Below, piece after piece: positions 35,469 to 46,432 of a stretch of DNA of 64,000 bases. The stretch comes from Actinomycetales bacterium. GTDB lineage: Bacteria; Actinomycetota; Actinomycetes; S36-B12. The notes beneath the pieces are model-generated. The model made no database searches. It was not told the DNA's origin and saw only the letters and a program-made list of their open reading frames with translations. The position numbers and the translations under genes are program-made. How positions within the stretch are numbered: the stretch's first letter is position 1; each line of letters starts with the position of its first letter. Location: NCBI GenBank assembly GCA_018970025.1, contig JAGWXF010000011.1, forward strand, positions 8,898 through 72,897, written 5' to 3'.

Positions 35469-36235
35469 CCGCGGAGGCCGGGCCATCGAGTGCGAGCACC
35501 GCCATGCTCGAGGTCGCACGAGTGTGGAAGTCGTTCGACGGGCTCTCGGTGCTTCGCGGACTTGACCTGCAGGTGTCACGCCATGAGGCGGTGGTCCTCA
35601 TCGGGGCATCGGGCTCGGGGAAGTCGACCCTGCTGCGGTGCATCAACGGACTGGAGTCGGTCGATGCCGGCTCGATCACCCTGGACGGCGATCTGGAGGT
35701 CACCGACCTCGATGCGGACCTCGATCGTCTCCGCCGCCGCGTCGGGATCGTCTTCCAGTCCTACAACCTCTTCCCGCATATGAGCGTCATCGACAACGTC
35801 ATGCTGGCACCGCGCAAGGTCCTCGGCGTCCCGCGCGAGCAGGCCAGGAGACAGGCCGCCGCACTGCTGGCCAGGTTCGGCCTGGCCGACAAGGCCGACG
35901 AGTTCCCGGATCGGCTCTCCGGGGGCCAGTCGCAGCGCGCCGCTATCGTCCGAGCGCTGGCCATGGAGCCTGAGCTGATGCTGTTCGACGAGATCACCTC
36001 GGCGCTCGATCCGCTGCTGGTCTCAGAGGTGCTCGATGCCGTCCGCGACCTGCGAGCCGGCGGCTTGACCATCGTGATGGCTACCCACGAGATGCAGTTC
36101 GCCCGCGATGTCGCCGACCGCGTGTGCTTCCTGCATGAGGGAGTCGTCCTGGAGCAGGGCCCGCCGGAGGCGTTGTTCACTGCGCCGAGGCAGCAGCAGA
36201 CGGCGGATTTCCTTGCCCGCGCACGTCGTGCGTGA
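35465..36235 (+). CDS. amino-acid ABC transporter ATP-binding protein
   Basis: GTGA overlap with the permease gene. Walker A GASGSGKST, signature LSGGQSQR, Walker B LMLFDE. Alternative start ATG 35504. Confidence 0.9.
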   Translation: MTAEAGPSSASTAMLEVARVWKSFDGLSVLRGLDLQVSRHEAVVLIGASGSGKSTLLRCINGLESVDAGSITLDGDLEVTDLDADLDRLRRRVGIVFQSYNLFPHMSVIDNVMLAPRKVLGVPREQARRQAAALLARFGLADKADEFPDRLSGGQSQRAAIVRALAMEPELMLFDEITSALDPLLVSEVLDAVRDLRAGGLTIVMATHEMQFARDVADRVCFLHEGVVLEQGPPEALFTAPRQQQTADFLARARRA

Positions 36236-36368
36236 GGGATTCCCCGTGATCGCTGAATGGGGGAGTGGGGCAGTTGCGGCGTGCCGGGGATGGTGACGGC
36301 GCTCGCATCACTATCCTGAGGGCCGTCGTGTGGCCGCGCTGTGCGGGGCACGCTCACAGGAGGAATAC

Positions 36369-36962
36369 ATGTCAACGGTTCAAGCTGGACCCAGCGACGA
36401 TCAGCTCGCCGCCGGGACGATGGCCGCGATCGGCCGCAACTGGTGGCTCTTGCTGGTCATGGGCCTGGTCAGCATCATCGTGGGGATCTTCTGCGTGGCG
36501 CAGCCTGTCGACACCTTCGCCACCCTGGCCTGGCTGTTCGCGATCTGGCTTGTCGTCTCGGGCATCTTCGAGCTGGTTCGCGGATTCTCCTCCGGCCTCT
36601 CGGGCGGGATGCGCGCACTGCTCTTCATCACCGGCGCGCTGTCGCTCGTGCTTGGCGCGGTTGCCTTCCGCTCCTTCTGGACCACCGACGGTCTGCTTGC
36701 CGGCTACATCCTGGCGATCTTCATCGGCGTGTCGTTCCTGTTCCGCGGGTTCACCGTGCTGTTCATCGGGATCGACTCCAAGGGCCAGTCGGGCCGCGGC
36801 TGGAACATCTTCGCCGGCATCGTCATCATCATCGGCGGCATGATCATCCTGAGCACCCCGGAGAGCGTCCTGGCGCTCACGTGGGTCGTCGGCATCTGGC
36901 TGATCGTGATGGGCGTCTTCGAGATCATCAGCTCGTTCATGGTCAAGAAGGCCGCTGCCTAG
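36369..36962 (+). CDS. HdeD/DUF308 family membrane protein
   Basis: ATG 36369 is preceded by AGGAGG. …IGRNWWLLLVMGLVSIIVGIFCVAQP… shows repeated DUF308 TM pairs. Confidence 0.8.
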   Translation: MSTVQAGPSDDQLAAGTMAAIGRNWWLLLVMGLVSIIVGIFCVAQPVDTFATLAWLFAIWLVVSGIFELVRGFSSGLSGGMRALLFITGALSLVLGAVAFRSFWTTDGLLAGYILAIFIGVSFLFRGFTVLFIGIDSKGQSGRGWNIFAGIVIIIGGMIILSTPESVLALTWVVGIWLIVMGVFEIISSFMVKKAAA

Positions 36963-36979
36963 TCACTGCTCGATCCTTC

Positions 36980-37007
36980 GTGGCCCGCGGCGCATGCCGC
37001 GGGCCAC
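36980..37007 (+). terminator. GC-rich hairpin (12-bp stem GTGGCCCGCGGC / GCCGCGGGCCAC, 4-nt loop) followed by TACATTT
   Basis: Read directly from the sequence, 18 nt after the hdeD-like stop. The annotated IclR ATG (36994) lies in the loop. Confidence 0.55.
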
Positions 37008-37668
37008 TACATTTGCAGGCGTGGCCGCAGAGACTTCACAGACCCTTGACCGCGGCCTTCGCGTCCTTGAGGTCCTCGCGGAATCACCGGAGGGGCTCAC
37101 CGTCACTGAGCTCGCCGGAGCCCTCGGGGTCGGGCGAACAGTCGTGTACCGACTCGTCGTCACCCTGGAGCAGCACGCCTTCCTGCGGCGCTCTGCCGAC
37201 GGCAGGTGCCGGCTCGGGCTTGCGGTCCTCACCATGGGCCGGCAGGTGCAGCCGCTGGTTCGAGACGTGGCCATGCCATCCCTGCGACTGCTCGCGGATG
37301 CCGTGGGGGCGACGGCTCACCTGACTCTGGTCGATGGCAACGAGGCCATGGCAGCGCTCGTCGTCGAGCCCACCCGATCGGACCTGCACGTCGCCTATCG
37401 GACCGGCGCTCGTCACCCGCTGGAGGCAGGGGCCGCTGGCCGGGCGGTGCTGGCCGCTCGCACGGCCGCCGGTCGGCCCCTGGATCCGCCGTGGGTGGTG
37501 GCAACGAGCGACGGGCCGCAGGGCACGTACGGGATCGCCGTCCCCATCACCGGGGTTCCGGGCATCGAGGCAAGCGTGGGAGTGGTGTCGCTGCGGGAGC
37601 TGCAGGAGGCCGAGGTCGGCCCGCGGGTGGCGCGAGCCGCCGGCGAGATCGCCCGCGCCCTGCGCTGA
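36994..37668 (+). CDS. IclR-family transcriptional regulator
   Basis: …LDRGLRVLEVLAESPEGLTVTELAGALGVGRTVVYRLVVTLEQHAFL… (IclR wHTH) plus an effector domain. The start could instead be GTG 37021. Confidence 0.8.
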   Translation: MPRATTFAGVAAETSQTLDRGLRVLEVLAESPEGLTVTELAGALGVGRTVVYRLVVTLEQHAFLRRSADGRCRLGLAVLTMGRQVQPLVRDVAMPSLRLLADAVGATAHLTLVDGNEAMAALVVEPTRSDLHVAYRTGARHPLEAGAAGRAVLAARTAAGRPLDPPWVVATSDGPQGTYGIAVPITGVPGIEASVGVVSLRELQEAEVGPRVARAAGEIARALR

Positions 37669-37689
37669 CCAACCCCCTTCTTCTTCCCC

Positions 37690-37755
37690 CTGCCGAGTGG
37701 CCACATGTTGCAGGCGACACGCCGATGAACCCAGCAACAACCGGCCACTCGGCAG
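37690..37755. repeat. 13-bp perfect inverted repeat CTGCCGAGTGGCC / GGCCACTCGGCAG with 40-nt spacer
   Basis: Read directly from the sequence, in the gap between the convergent IclR gene and dacB. The left arm is preceded by a pyrimidine run and the right arm is followed by a purine run. Confidence 0.9.
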
Positions 37756-37824
37756 AAGAGAAGAGAAGGGAAGGGGAGGGGACGGGAGGGGAGGGGAGGG
37801 AGGGGAGGGAGTGGGGGGACGGGG
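37755..37824 (+). repeat. 70-nt near-pure polypurine tract with >10 G3-6 runs (GAAGAGAAGAGAAGGGAAGGGGAGGGGACGGGAGGGGAGGGGAGGGAGGGGAGGGAGTGGGGGGACGGGG)
   Basis: Read directly from the sequence; only 3 pyrimidines in 70 nt. It ends 1 nt before the dacB stop codon (37825-37827, minus strand), so it forms a C-rich, G-poor 3' UTR on the dacB transcript. Confidence 0.95.
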
Positions 37825-39147
37825 TTACCAGCAGCCGTGGATCGTCGCCGCGAGGCCGTCGACGGCCTGCCTGGTCGTCAGCGGGGAGACACGCTGCGGC
37901 CGTTCGTTGACCAGGATCGAGAAGGCCTTCTCCTGGCCATCTGCCGCCGTCGTGATGCCGGTGAGCCCGATGGAGTCGAACAGGGTGCCTGTCTTCGCGC
38001 GAATATCCCCGCGAGCGCAGCGCGATGGGCCGCTTCGATAGCGGCCGTAGCGGTCGTCCAAGGTCCCGGAGATTCCTGAGGTGGGCATGCCCTTCGGCGC
38101 GTACATCGACGCGAAGCGCGGGTCGGTGCGTGACAGCCGGATCACCTGCGCGAGCGTGAGCGCGGTCATCCGGTCGGCACGGGAGAGTCCGCTGCCGTCC
38201 ATCAGCTTCAGGATCCCTGCGTCGATCCCCAGTGCGGTCAGCTGGCGCATGGCTGCGCGGCGTGCCCCGGGCCAGTTCGCAGGCTCGCCCGTGGCGATGG
38301 CAACATGGCGGAACAGCAGCTCTGCCACGTTGTTCTCCGACCACAGGAGCATCACGTTGACGGCCTGCCGGACGGTATGCGGGTCGACCTGGGCGAGGAC
38401 TCGGGCATTCGCCGGGGCCGTCGTGCCCGTGCGAACCACGACCGTGAAGCCTCGGTCAGCCAGGGCGCGCCGGAAGGCCTCGACGGCATTGGCCTGATTG
38501 CGCATGGAGTAGTCACCGATCAGGGCCAGTGCCCGCACTGGTGCTGCTGCCGAAGGCTGGTAGTCGCGCGGCCAGCCAGGCGCTCGCCCGGTACGCGGGA
38601 TCAGGTGATCGTCCAGTCGGAGGATGACCCTGCGGCCACGCTGCAGCTCCACTGAGGTGCGCCTGGCCAGGGTCTTCAGGTTCGCGGTCGTGAGCAGTGG
38701 ATCGCCGCCTCCTTGCAGGATCACCTCATTTGGACGATCCCCGGCAAGCGTTCGGGTGACGAAGCGCTGCTCGGGATCGAGCGCCGACAGGGTGTTCACC
38801 GCTGTGATCACCTTCATGTTGGAGGCGGGCAGCATCGAGACCGAAGCGCGATGCCCGGTGACGAGGCGGTCCGTAGCCACGTCGATGACGGCAACGGATA
38901 CGTCGCGGCCGAGGGCCCGGTCCGCGAGGCGCTTGTCGAGGAGCTGGCTCAGGCGGCTCTCCGCGTCGTTCACTGGCTCCACAGGGCGGGCCGCCGGGGC
39001 GGCATGCGCACTCGACGCCGGCACCAGGACGCTGGCGAGTGTGACAATGGTCACGACCCATGGCGCCCGCCGGGCGCTGCTCCCTCGTGTCCGGCGGGAT
39101 CCGGGGCGGCCGGTGCCGGCCACGAGAGGCGAGGCTCCGATGGGCAT
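37825..39147 (-). CDS. dacB: D-alanyl-D-alanine carboxypeptidase/endopeptidase (PBP4, peptidase S13)
   Basis: Signal peptide; SxxK as ASNMK, SxN-region motif DGSGLSR, and KTG as AKTGTL. Confidence 0.85.
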   Translation of the reverse strand: MPIGASPLVAGTGRPGSRRTRGSSARRAPWVVTIVTLASVLVPASSAHAAPAARPVEPVNDAESRLSQLLDKRLADRALGRDVSVAVIDVATDRLVTGHRASVSMLPASNMKVITAVNTLSALDPEQRFVTRTLAGDRPNEVILQGGGDPLLTTANLKTLARRTSVELQRGRRVILRLDDHLIPRTGRAPGWPRDYQPSAAAPVRALALIGDYSMRNQANAVEAFRRALADRGFTVVVRTGTTAPANARVLAQVDPHTVRQAVNVMLLWSENNVAELLFRHVAIATGEPANWPGARRAAMRQLTALGIDAGILKLMDGSGLSRADRMTALTLAQVIRLSRTDPRFASMYAPKGMPTSGISGTLDDRYGRYRSGPSRCARGDIRAKTGTLFDSIGLTGITTAADGQEKAFSILVNERPQRVSPLTTRQAVDGLAATIHGCW

Positions 39148-39258
39148 GGTCGATCATGGCGCAGAATGGAAATCACGACGCGGATCGCCGAAGGTGATCC
39201 GCGTGTCATGCACCACGGACCTCGCTTGATCGAGTCCGCGACCTGCCAGGGAGGATCC

Positions 39259-41046
39259 GTGCGTCGATGCGTGCTGGCGGCCGTCGCATGCGCTCTGTCG
39301 GCGGCCGTCATCGCGGGTGCCACTCCGGCGCAGGCCGATCCACCGCGGATTGCCACCGGGTGGCTGCCCTACTGGGTCACCTCTCCTGCTGCCCCGCAGG
39401 GGGTCGCCAGCGCCACCGCGAACGCCGACGTGCTGACCGAGGTGTCGCCATTCTGGTACTCGGCCACCAAGGGCGGGCCAGCCGGCGTGACCGTCGGCTT
39501 CAATCCGAACTTCAAGGATGCCGCGGCCAGCGCGTCCTGGGCCATGGCCCAGTTGCGGGCGGCCGGCTTGAGCGTCCTGCCGGCGATCGCGGACGGATCC
39601 GGCAAGGGGACGATGGCGGCCGTGCTGGCGAACCCGGCAACGCGCACCGCGCACGTGAACGACATCGTCAGCCTGGTCGTCGCCAATGGCTACGACGGCA
39701 TCGACCTGGACTACGAGCAGTTCGCCTTCGCGGACGGTCGCGGGACCTGGGCGGCGACCCAGCCGAACTGGACGGCCTTCGTCACCGAGCTCGGCGCCGC
39801 GCTGAAGGCCCAGGGCAAGCTGCTGTCGGTCACCATCCCCGGGCCCTGCTCGACCACGAATGCCTGTGGCGGCACGAACGGCTACTGGGTGTACGACCTC
39901 GCCGGCATCTCGGCCGCTGCCGATCGCATCCGGATCATGACCTACGACTTCCACTACAACGCGCCCGGTGCGATCGCGCCCATCGGCTGGGTCACGGCAA
40001 CGGCCCAGTACGCCGCGACGGTCGTCCCGCCGGCCAAGCTGAGCATCGGCATCCCGGCCTACTCGCGCTCCTGGACGGTCAAGGACGGATCGAAGTTCCG
40101 GCTGACCGGTGCCTGCCCGACGACCGGTGACGCCTATCGCAAGCTCACCGCGATGTCGTCGACCACCGCGGCGGCGATCCCGGCACTGCTGGCAACCGTG
40201 GGCGTCGACCCGGCCACGGTGCAATGGGACCCGGCCAGCCAGGAGAGCTGGGTCGAGTACGACAAGCCGGTCACCTGGACGGATGCGGCTGGTGCCCAGC
40301 AGACCTGCGTTGCCAGGCGGGTGATGTGGTGGGTGCCCCCGCAGGGGGTCCTTGCGCGAGCGCAGCTGGTGGGGCAGCTCGGCCTTGGGAGCGTGGCGTT
40401 CTGGACCATCGGCGGCGAGGATCCGGGCCAGTGGTCGGTGATCCGCACCTACGCCCAGCAACTGGCCCCCGCCGCCACGGCCGTCGCGATCAGCGCCCCG
40501 CCGACGGCGGTGTTCGGCACGAATGCCCCGATCTCGGCCGTCGTCACCGCGAATGGGGCTCCGGTGACCGGCGTGGAGGCAGCCCTGCAGTTCCAGCCAG
40601 CCGGCGGGCAGTGGGCGACGGTGCAGAGCGCTGGCCTGGCGGCTGACGGGACGGTGAGCTTCGCACCGGCCTTCACGGCCAGCGGGCGATGGCGCATCTT
40701 CGTCCCGGGGGCTCCGGGACGCGCCGAGCAGGCAAGCGACCCGCAGCCGGTCGAGGTGACCTCCGCCGTCCGCGCCGTCCCGAGGAAGAAGAAGGCGCCG
40801 AAGGGCAGCAGCCTGGTCGTGCGAGCAGTGGCGCGGCCGGCGCTGGCCCGCCAGAAGCTGGTCGTCCAGATGCTGGCCAAGGGCACCTGGTCGGCGGTCG
40901 GGCGGGGACGGGCAAATGCCAAGGGCATCGCCAAGATCGACATCAGGATCGGCAAGAAGGGGCCGCATCAGTACCGGGTGATGGCCCAGGCGCGGCGCGG
41001 GGTCGGCCCCGGCTTCTCCGAGCCCTTCACCATCAAGGGGACGTAG
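39259..41046 (+). CDS. secreted glycoside hydrolase family 18 (chitinase-like) with C-terminal Ig-like domains
   Basis: Track ORF 38713..41046 starts inside antisense dacB. GTG 39259 follows GGGAGGA and gives the signal peptide VRRCVLAAVACALSAAVIAGATPAQA (alternative ATG 39208). GH18 catalytic motif DGIDLDYE. Confidence 0.8.
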   Translation: MRRCVLAAVACALSAAVIAGATPAQADPPRIATGWLPYWVTSPAAPQGVASATANADVLTEVSPFWYSATKGGPAGVTVGFNPNFKDAAASASWAMAQLRAAGLSVLPAIADGSGKGTMAAVLANPATRTAHVNDIVSLVVANGYDGIDLDYEQFAFADGRGTWAATQPNWTAFVTELGAALKAQGKLLSVTIPGPCSTTNACGGTNGYWVYDLAGISAAADRIRIMTYDFHYNAPGAIAPIGWVTATAQYAATVVPPAKLSIGIPAYSRSWTVKDGSKFRLTGACPTTGDAYRKLTAMSSTTAAAIPALLATVGVDPATVQWDPASQESWVEYDKPVTWTDAAGAQQTCVARRVMWWVPPQGVLARAQLVGQLGLGSVAFWTIGGEDPGQWSVIRTYAQQLAPAATAVAISAPPTAVFGTNAPISAVVTANGAPVTGVEAALQFQPAGGQWATVQSAGLAADGTVSFAPAFTASGRWRIFVPGAPGRAEQASDPQPVEVTSAVRAVPRKKKAPKGSSLVVRAVARPALARQKLVVQMLAKGTWSAVGRGRANAKGIAKIDIRIGKKGPHQYRVMAQARRGVGPGFSEPFTIKGT

Positions 41047-42802
41047 CCTGATCCGATCGCGTCGGGATGCTGACGCTGGCCGACGCCAGCTCGAACCAGC
41101 GCAGGTGCTCGAAGTCGAAGGTCGGGCCGGCGGCATCGGCGAGGTCGGCACTGGTGACCGGGTCCGGATCCGGCAGGCCGGTCAGGAGGGCATTCGCGTC
41201 CTGCAGGTAGTCCATGAGCGCAGACTCGGGCGCCTGATCGTGCTGCTTGGGATACGACAGCCGGCCGAGCGCGTCATAGTGCAATGACGCCAGGCGCAGG
41301 GGCGGCTCGACCGGGCCCTGACGGTGATGCCAGCGGCCGGTCGACGGATCGAAGCGGTAGGACGGGAGCAGCCGCCAGCCGTGCTGCGCGATCAGGTCGA
41401 CGGAGCGGACGATGTACTCGAACACCTGCTCCGAGATGAAGTAGTTGAAGTTCACCCGCACCCAGCCTGGCTTGATGCCCTCGCAGCCCCGGGTGATCTC
41501 CCGCTCGAAGGCATGGGAGCGCTCGAGGTCGATGCCCAGCAGACGGTGCCCGTACGGGCCGGCACATGAGCACCCGCCACGGGACTGGATGCCGAACAGG
41601 TCGTTCAGCACGGCGACCACGAAGTTGTGATGCAGGTAGGCACCGCGGGGGCTGCGGATGACGAAGGACACGATCGACAGGCGCTCGGCCTGCAGGTTGC
41701 CGAGCACCTCGATCCGCGGATTGCCCTGCCAGGCGGCGATCGCCCGCCGGACGAAGTCCTCCTCATGCGCCCGGATGACGTCTGCGCCAACGGCCTGCTT
41801 GAGGTGGAAGACCAGTCCGGCGCGGATGGACTCGACGATCGCCGGGGTGCCGCCCTCCTCGCGATGCTCGGGGTCGCGGAGGTAGACATGCTCCTGCGGG
41901 TTGACGTACGCGACGGTCCCGCCGCCGACGACGTCGGGCACGCTGTTCACCAACAGGTCGCGGCGGACGATGAGGACGCCGGGCGTGCCGGGGCCGCCGA
42001 CGAACTTGTGCGGGCTGAGGAAGATGGCGTCCTTGTATGCCAGGGGATGATCAGTGCAGCGAGGGTTCATCTCGATGTCGACGTACGGCCCTGCCGCGGC
42101 GAAGTCCCAGAAGGCCAGGGCGCCGTGCTCATGCAGGACCTGGGTGATGGCGTGGGTATCTGAGACGATGCCGGTCACATTGCTCGCGGCGCTGAAGGAC
42201 GCGATGCGCAGCGGCCGATCGCGGTAGGCGGTGAGCTCGGCGCGCAAGTGCTCGAGGTCGATGTGGCCGTCCGCATCCTCCCGGATGGTCACCACGTCGG
42301 CGATCGACTCCCGCCAGGGCAGCTCATTGCTGTGGTGCTCGAACGGGCCGATGAACACCACCGGCCGCTCGTCTGCGGGGATGTGATCGGTGAGGCGATA
42401 GCGAGCATCGAGATCCGCCGGCACCCGCAGGTTGAGGATGCCGATGAGGCGGTTCACCGCCCCCGTCGATCCCGAGCCGCAGAAGATCACGCAGGTGGAG
42501 TCGTCTCCGTTGACGGCCTGGCGGATGATCGACCGGGCATCCTCGCGCAGCCGGGTCGTCTGCAGCCCGGTCCCGCTGGACTCGGTGTGGGTATTGGCAT
42601 ACCGGGGCAGGACCTCGTCCGTGATGAAGTCCTCGATGAAGGCCAGCGCCCGGCCGCTGGCGGTGTAGTCGGCGTAGGTGACCCGGCGTGCGCCGAAGGG
42701 ACCATGCATCACCTGGTCATCGCCGATCACCGATGCGCGGATCCTCGCCAGCAGCGGCGGGTCGGGCAGGTGCTCGGCGGCCGGCGGGATGACCAGGGTC
42801 AT
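41033..42802 (-). CDS. class V aminotransferase-fold PLP enzyme (cysteine-desulfurase-like) with ~170-aa C-terminal extension
   Basis: ORF 41033..42943; start set at ATG 42802 ([12 protein letters not shown]...) to avoid overlap with divergent clpS. …[14 protein letters not shown]…, PLP lysine in [14 protein letters not shown]. Confidence 0.8.
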   Translation of the reverse strand: MTLVIPPAAEHLPDPPLLARIRASVIGDDQVMHGPFGARRVTYADYTASGRALAFIEDFITDEVLPRYANTHTESSGTGLQTTRLREDARSIIRQAVNGDDSTCVIFCGSGSTGAVNRLIGILNLRVPADLDARYRLTDHIPADERPVVFIGPFEHHSNELPWRESIADVVTIREDADGHIDLEHLRAELTAYRDRPLRIASFSAASNVTGIVSDTHAITQVLHEHGALAFWDFAAAGPYVDIEMNPRCTDHPLAYKDAIFLSPHKFVGGPGTPGVLIVRRDLLVNSVPDVVGGGTVAYVNPQEHVYLRDPEHREEGGTPAIVESIRAGLVFHLKQAVGADVIRAHEEDFVRRAIAAWQGNPRIEVLGNLQAERLSIVSFVIRSPRGAYLHHNFVVAVLNDLFGIQSRGGCSCAGPYGHRLLGIDLERSHAFEREITRGCEGIKPGWVRVNFNYFISEQVFEYIVRSVDLIAQHGWRLLPSYRFDPSTGRWHHRQGPVEPPLRLASLHYDALGRLSYPKQHDQAPESALMDYLQDANALLTGLPDPDPVTSADLADAAGPTFDFEHLRWFELASASVSIPTRSDQATSP

Positions 42803-42845
42803 GACCGCAGGGTACGAGTCGGCCGTGGTGGGAGACAATGGGGCC

Positions 42846-43130
42846 ATGTCGATCGCCCCTGCCGAGGTCGAGCGTCCGAGCGTGGACGTCGCCGCGGACC
42901 GGCCGTGGGTCACGATCGTCTGGAATGACCCGATCAACCTCATGTCGTACGTGACCTACGTGTTCATGACCTACTTCCGCTACGACCGGTCCAGGGCCGA
43001 GTCGCTCATGCTGGACGTCCACCAGCGTGGCCGCGCCGTGGTCTCCAGCGGATCTCGCGAGGAGATGGAGCGCGATGTCACCGCGATGCATTCCTATGGC
43101 CTGTGGGCCACCCTGCGCAAGGACGAGTAG
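42846..43130 (+). CDS. clpS: ATP-dependent Clp protease adaptor ClpS
   Basis: ATG 42846; …[46 protein letters not shown]…; 94 aa. Confidence 0.9.
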   Translation: MSIAPAEVERPSVDVAADRPWVTIVWNDPINLMSYVTYVFMTYFRYDRSRAESLMLDVHQRGRAVVSSGSREEMERDVTAMHSYGLWATLRKDE

Positions 43131-43696
43131 TGGGATTCCAGCGGACGGACTCCGCGCGCATCATCCTGCGCACTGAGGAGTTCGAGCGCGCCCTGCTCCT
43201 GTCGCTGGCCGATCAGCTGTGCTCGTTCATCCTCCCTGATGGCCAGGCCGGCGATTGCGATGCGGACCCCCTCGAGGCCATGGTGGGCATCGACTCCCAG
43301 GCGCAGCGGCCGCAGGATCCCGCACTTGCCCGGCTGCTGCCGGATGCCTACCTCGACGATGAGGAGGCGGCGGACGAGTTCCGCCGCTTCACCGAGCGCT
43401 CGCTGCGCCAGGCGAAGCTGGCGCATGCGAGCACGGTGCAGGACACCCTGCGTCGGTCGGGGGACAAGGTCGTGCTCTCGCAGGACGAGGCCCTCAGCTG
43501 GCTGGGCTTCCTGAACGATGCCCGGATCACCCTCGGGGTGCGGATCGAGATCACCGAGGACAACCACGAGGAGCTCGCCGGCCTGCCGGAGGACGATCCG
43601 AGGCTGGCCTCCTTCCAGGTCTACGACTGGCTGACCTACCTGCAGGACTCACTCATCCGGGTGCTGGCCCCGCAGGAGTCGGACGAGCCCGCCTGA
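43130..43696 (+). CDS. DUF2017 domain protein (conserved ClpS neighbour)
   Basis: GTG 43130 overlaps the clpS TAG by 1 nt (track ORF starts at 43103). Acidic ~188-aa protein in the conserved position after clpS. Confidence 0.7.
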   Translation: MGFQRTDSARIILRTEEFERALLLSLADQLCSFILPDGQAGDCDADPLEAMVGIDSQAQRPQDPALARLLPDAYLDDEEAADEFRRFTERSLRQAKLAHASTVQDTLRRSGDKVVLSQDEALSWLGFLNDARITLGVRIEITEDNHEELAGLPEDDPRLASFQVYDWLTYLQDSLIRVLAPQESDEPA

Positions 43697-43717
43697 GTGG
43701 GCGCCTAGGCTGTCGCC

Positions 43718-44149
43718 GTGCTGGTGATCCGCAGGGAGCTGGTCGATCGCATCGTCGCCCATGCCAGGGCCGATCATCCGGACGAGGCCTGCGGGGTGAT
43801 CGCCGGGCCCGTCGGGACGGATCGGCCCGAGCGGTTCATCCCGATGGTGAACGCGGCGAGGTCCCCGACGTTCTATGAGTTCGACTCCTCGGACCTGCTG
43901 CGCCTGTACCGGCAGATGGACGACCTGGACGAGGTTCCCGTGGTCATCTATCACTCGCATACGGCCACTGAGGCGCGTCCGTCGCGGACGGACATCTCGC
44001 TGGCCAGCGAGCCCGATGCCCACTATGTCCTGGTCTCCACTCGCCAGACCGGCCCGCTGGACGGCCCGTATGAGCTCCGCTCGTTCCGCATCGTCGACGG
44101 CCAGGTGAGCGAGGAGGACGTCCAGATCGTCGAGGCCTATCCGGGCTGA
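43718..44149 (+). CDS. mec: JAMM/MPN+ metalloprotease (Mec-type CysO-cysteine peptidase)
   Basis: EACG… and the JAMM motif HSHTATEARPSRTD (H-x-H-x7-S-x2-D); 143 aa. Confidence 0.85.
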   Translation: MLVIRRELVDRIVAHARADHPDEACGVIAGPVGTDRPERFIPMVNAARSPTFYEFDSSDLLRLYRQMDDLDEVPVVIYHSHTATEARPSRTDISLASEPDAHYVLVSTRQTGPLDGPYELRSFRIVDGQVSEEDVQIVEAYPG

Positions 44150-44337
44150 GCCGAGGCGAGGCGGCGACTGCGCCTGACGAGCGCGGGCATGCGTGCCTTC
44201 CTGCGAGGGATTCGCAACAGCGGTGCCTGGCATGGCGCAGGCGGCCCGCCTTTCGTAGGCTGTCGTGGCTGCTCTACGAGGGGTACCAGGCCAGCCCGGC
44301 CGCCGAGAAGCCGTCGAACCGTCGTCTATGGGGTTGA

Positions 44338-45564
<1,227 letters not shown>

Positions 45565-45589
45565 CGCCCTGACCTAGGCTGGTCGCGCT

Positions 45590-46390
45590 ATGACGGATGC
45601 GCCGATCGGCATCATCGACTCCGGGGTCGGCGGGCTCACGGTCGCCCGCGCGATCCTCGATCAGCTGCCCCATGAGCCGATCCGCTATGTCGGCGATACC
45701 GCCCGTGGCCCCTACGGCCCGCGTCCCATCGCCGAGGTGCGCCAGTTCGCCCTGGAGATCATGGATGTCCTGGTGGCGGATGGCGTGAAGCTGCTGGTGA
45801 TCGCCTGCAACTCCGCGAGCGCGGCGACCCTGCGCGATGCCCGGGAGCGCTATGACGTCCCGGTCATCGAGGTCGTGCACCCGGCGGTCCGGCGGGCCTC
45901 GGCGGCGACCAGATCGGGCCGGGTGGGGGTCATCGGCACCCAGATGACGATCACCTCGCGTGCCTATGAGGACGCCTTCGCCGCCGCCCCGGATGTCACG
46001 CTGGTGTCGGCCGCCTGCCCGCGATTCGTGTCGTTCGTCGAGGCCGGGGTGACCGGCGGGCCGGAGCTGCTCGCAGTCGCCCGGGAGTACCTCGCGCCGC
46101 TGCAGGAGGCCGAGGTCGACACCCTGGTACTCGGCTGCACCCACTACCCGCTGCTCACCGGAGTGCTCTCCTACGTGATGGGGGAGCAGGTGACCCTCGT
46201 GTCGAGCGCGGAGGAGACCGCCAAGGACGTCTACCGCACGCTGGTGGCCCAGGACCTGCTCCGCGACCCGGGCCTGCCTGAGCCGATCCATCGCTTCATG
46301 GCGACGGGCGACCCGGAGGAGTTCCAGCGCCTCGGCCGGCGCTTCCTCGGTCCCGAGATCGGCGACGTCGCCGGCTTCAGGGGAGCATGA
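45590..46390 (+). CDS. murI: glutamate racemase
   Basis: [13 protein letters not shown], catalytic Cys motifs IACNSAS and GCTHYP. Confidence 0.9.
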   Translation: MTDAPIGIIDSGVGGLTVARAILDQLPHEPIRYVGDTARGPYGPRPIAEVRQFALEIMDVLVADGVKLLVIACNSASAATLRDARERYDVPVIEVVHPAVRRASAATRSGRVGVIGTQMTITSRAYEDAFAAAPDVTLVSAACPRFVSFVEAGVTGGPELLAVAREYLAPLQEAEVDTLVLGCTHYPLLTGVLSYVMGEQVTLVSSAEETAKDVYRTLVAQDLLRDPGLPEPIHRFMATGDPEEFQRLGRRFLGPEIGDVAGFRGA

Positions 46391-46432
46391 CCGGGTGAGC
46401 GCGGACCGGGCCGCGAGGCATGGACGGCCCCG

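Noticed and set aside
33636-35579. 647-aa minus-strand ORF across the ABC transporter genes
   Set aside because: Antisense to three well-supported ABC transporter genes (SBP, permease, ATPase with Walker motifs). The composition is Arg/Gly/Asp/His-rich without motifs.
38713-39258. Upstream 180 codons of the track ORF leading into the GH18 gene
   Set aside because: They overlap dacB on the opposite strand. The signal peptide and a good SD appear only at GTG 39259.
39154-41151. 665-aa minus-strand ORF
   Set aside because: Antisense shadow of the GH18 gene, which carries DGIDLDYE and a signal peptide. No domain is recognisable.
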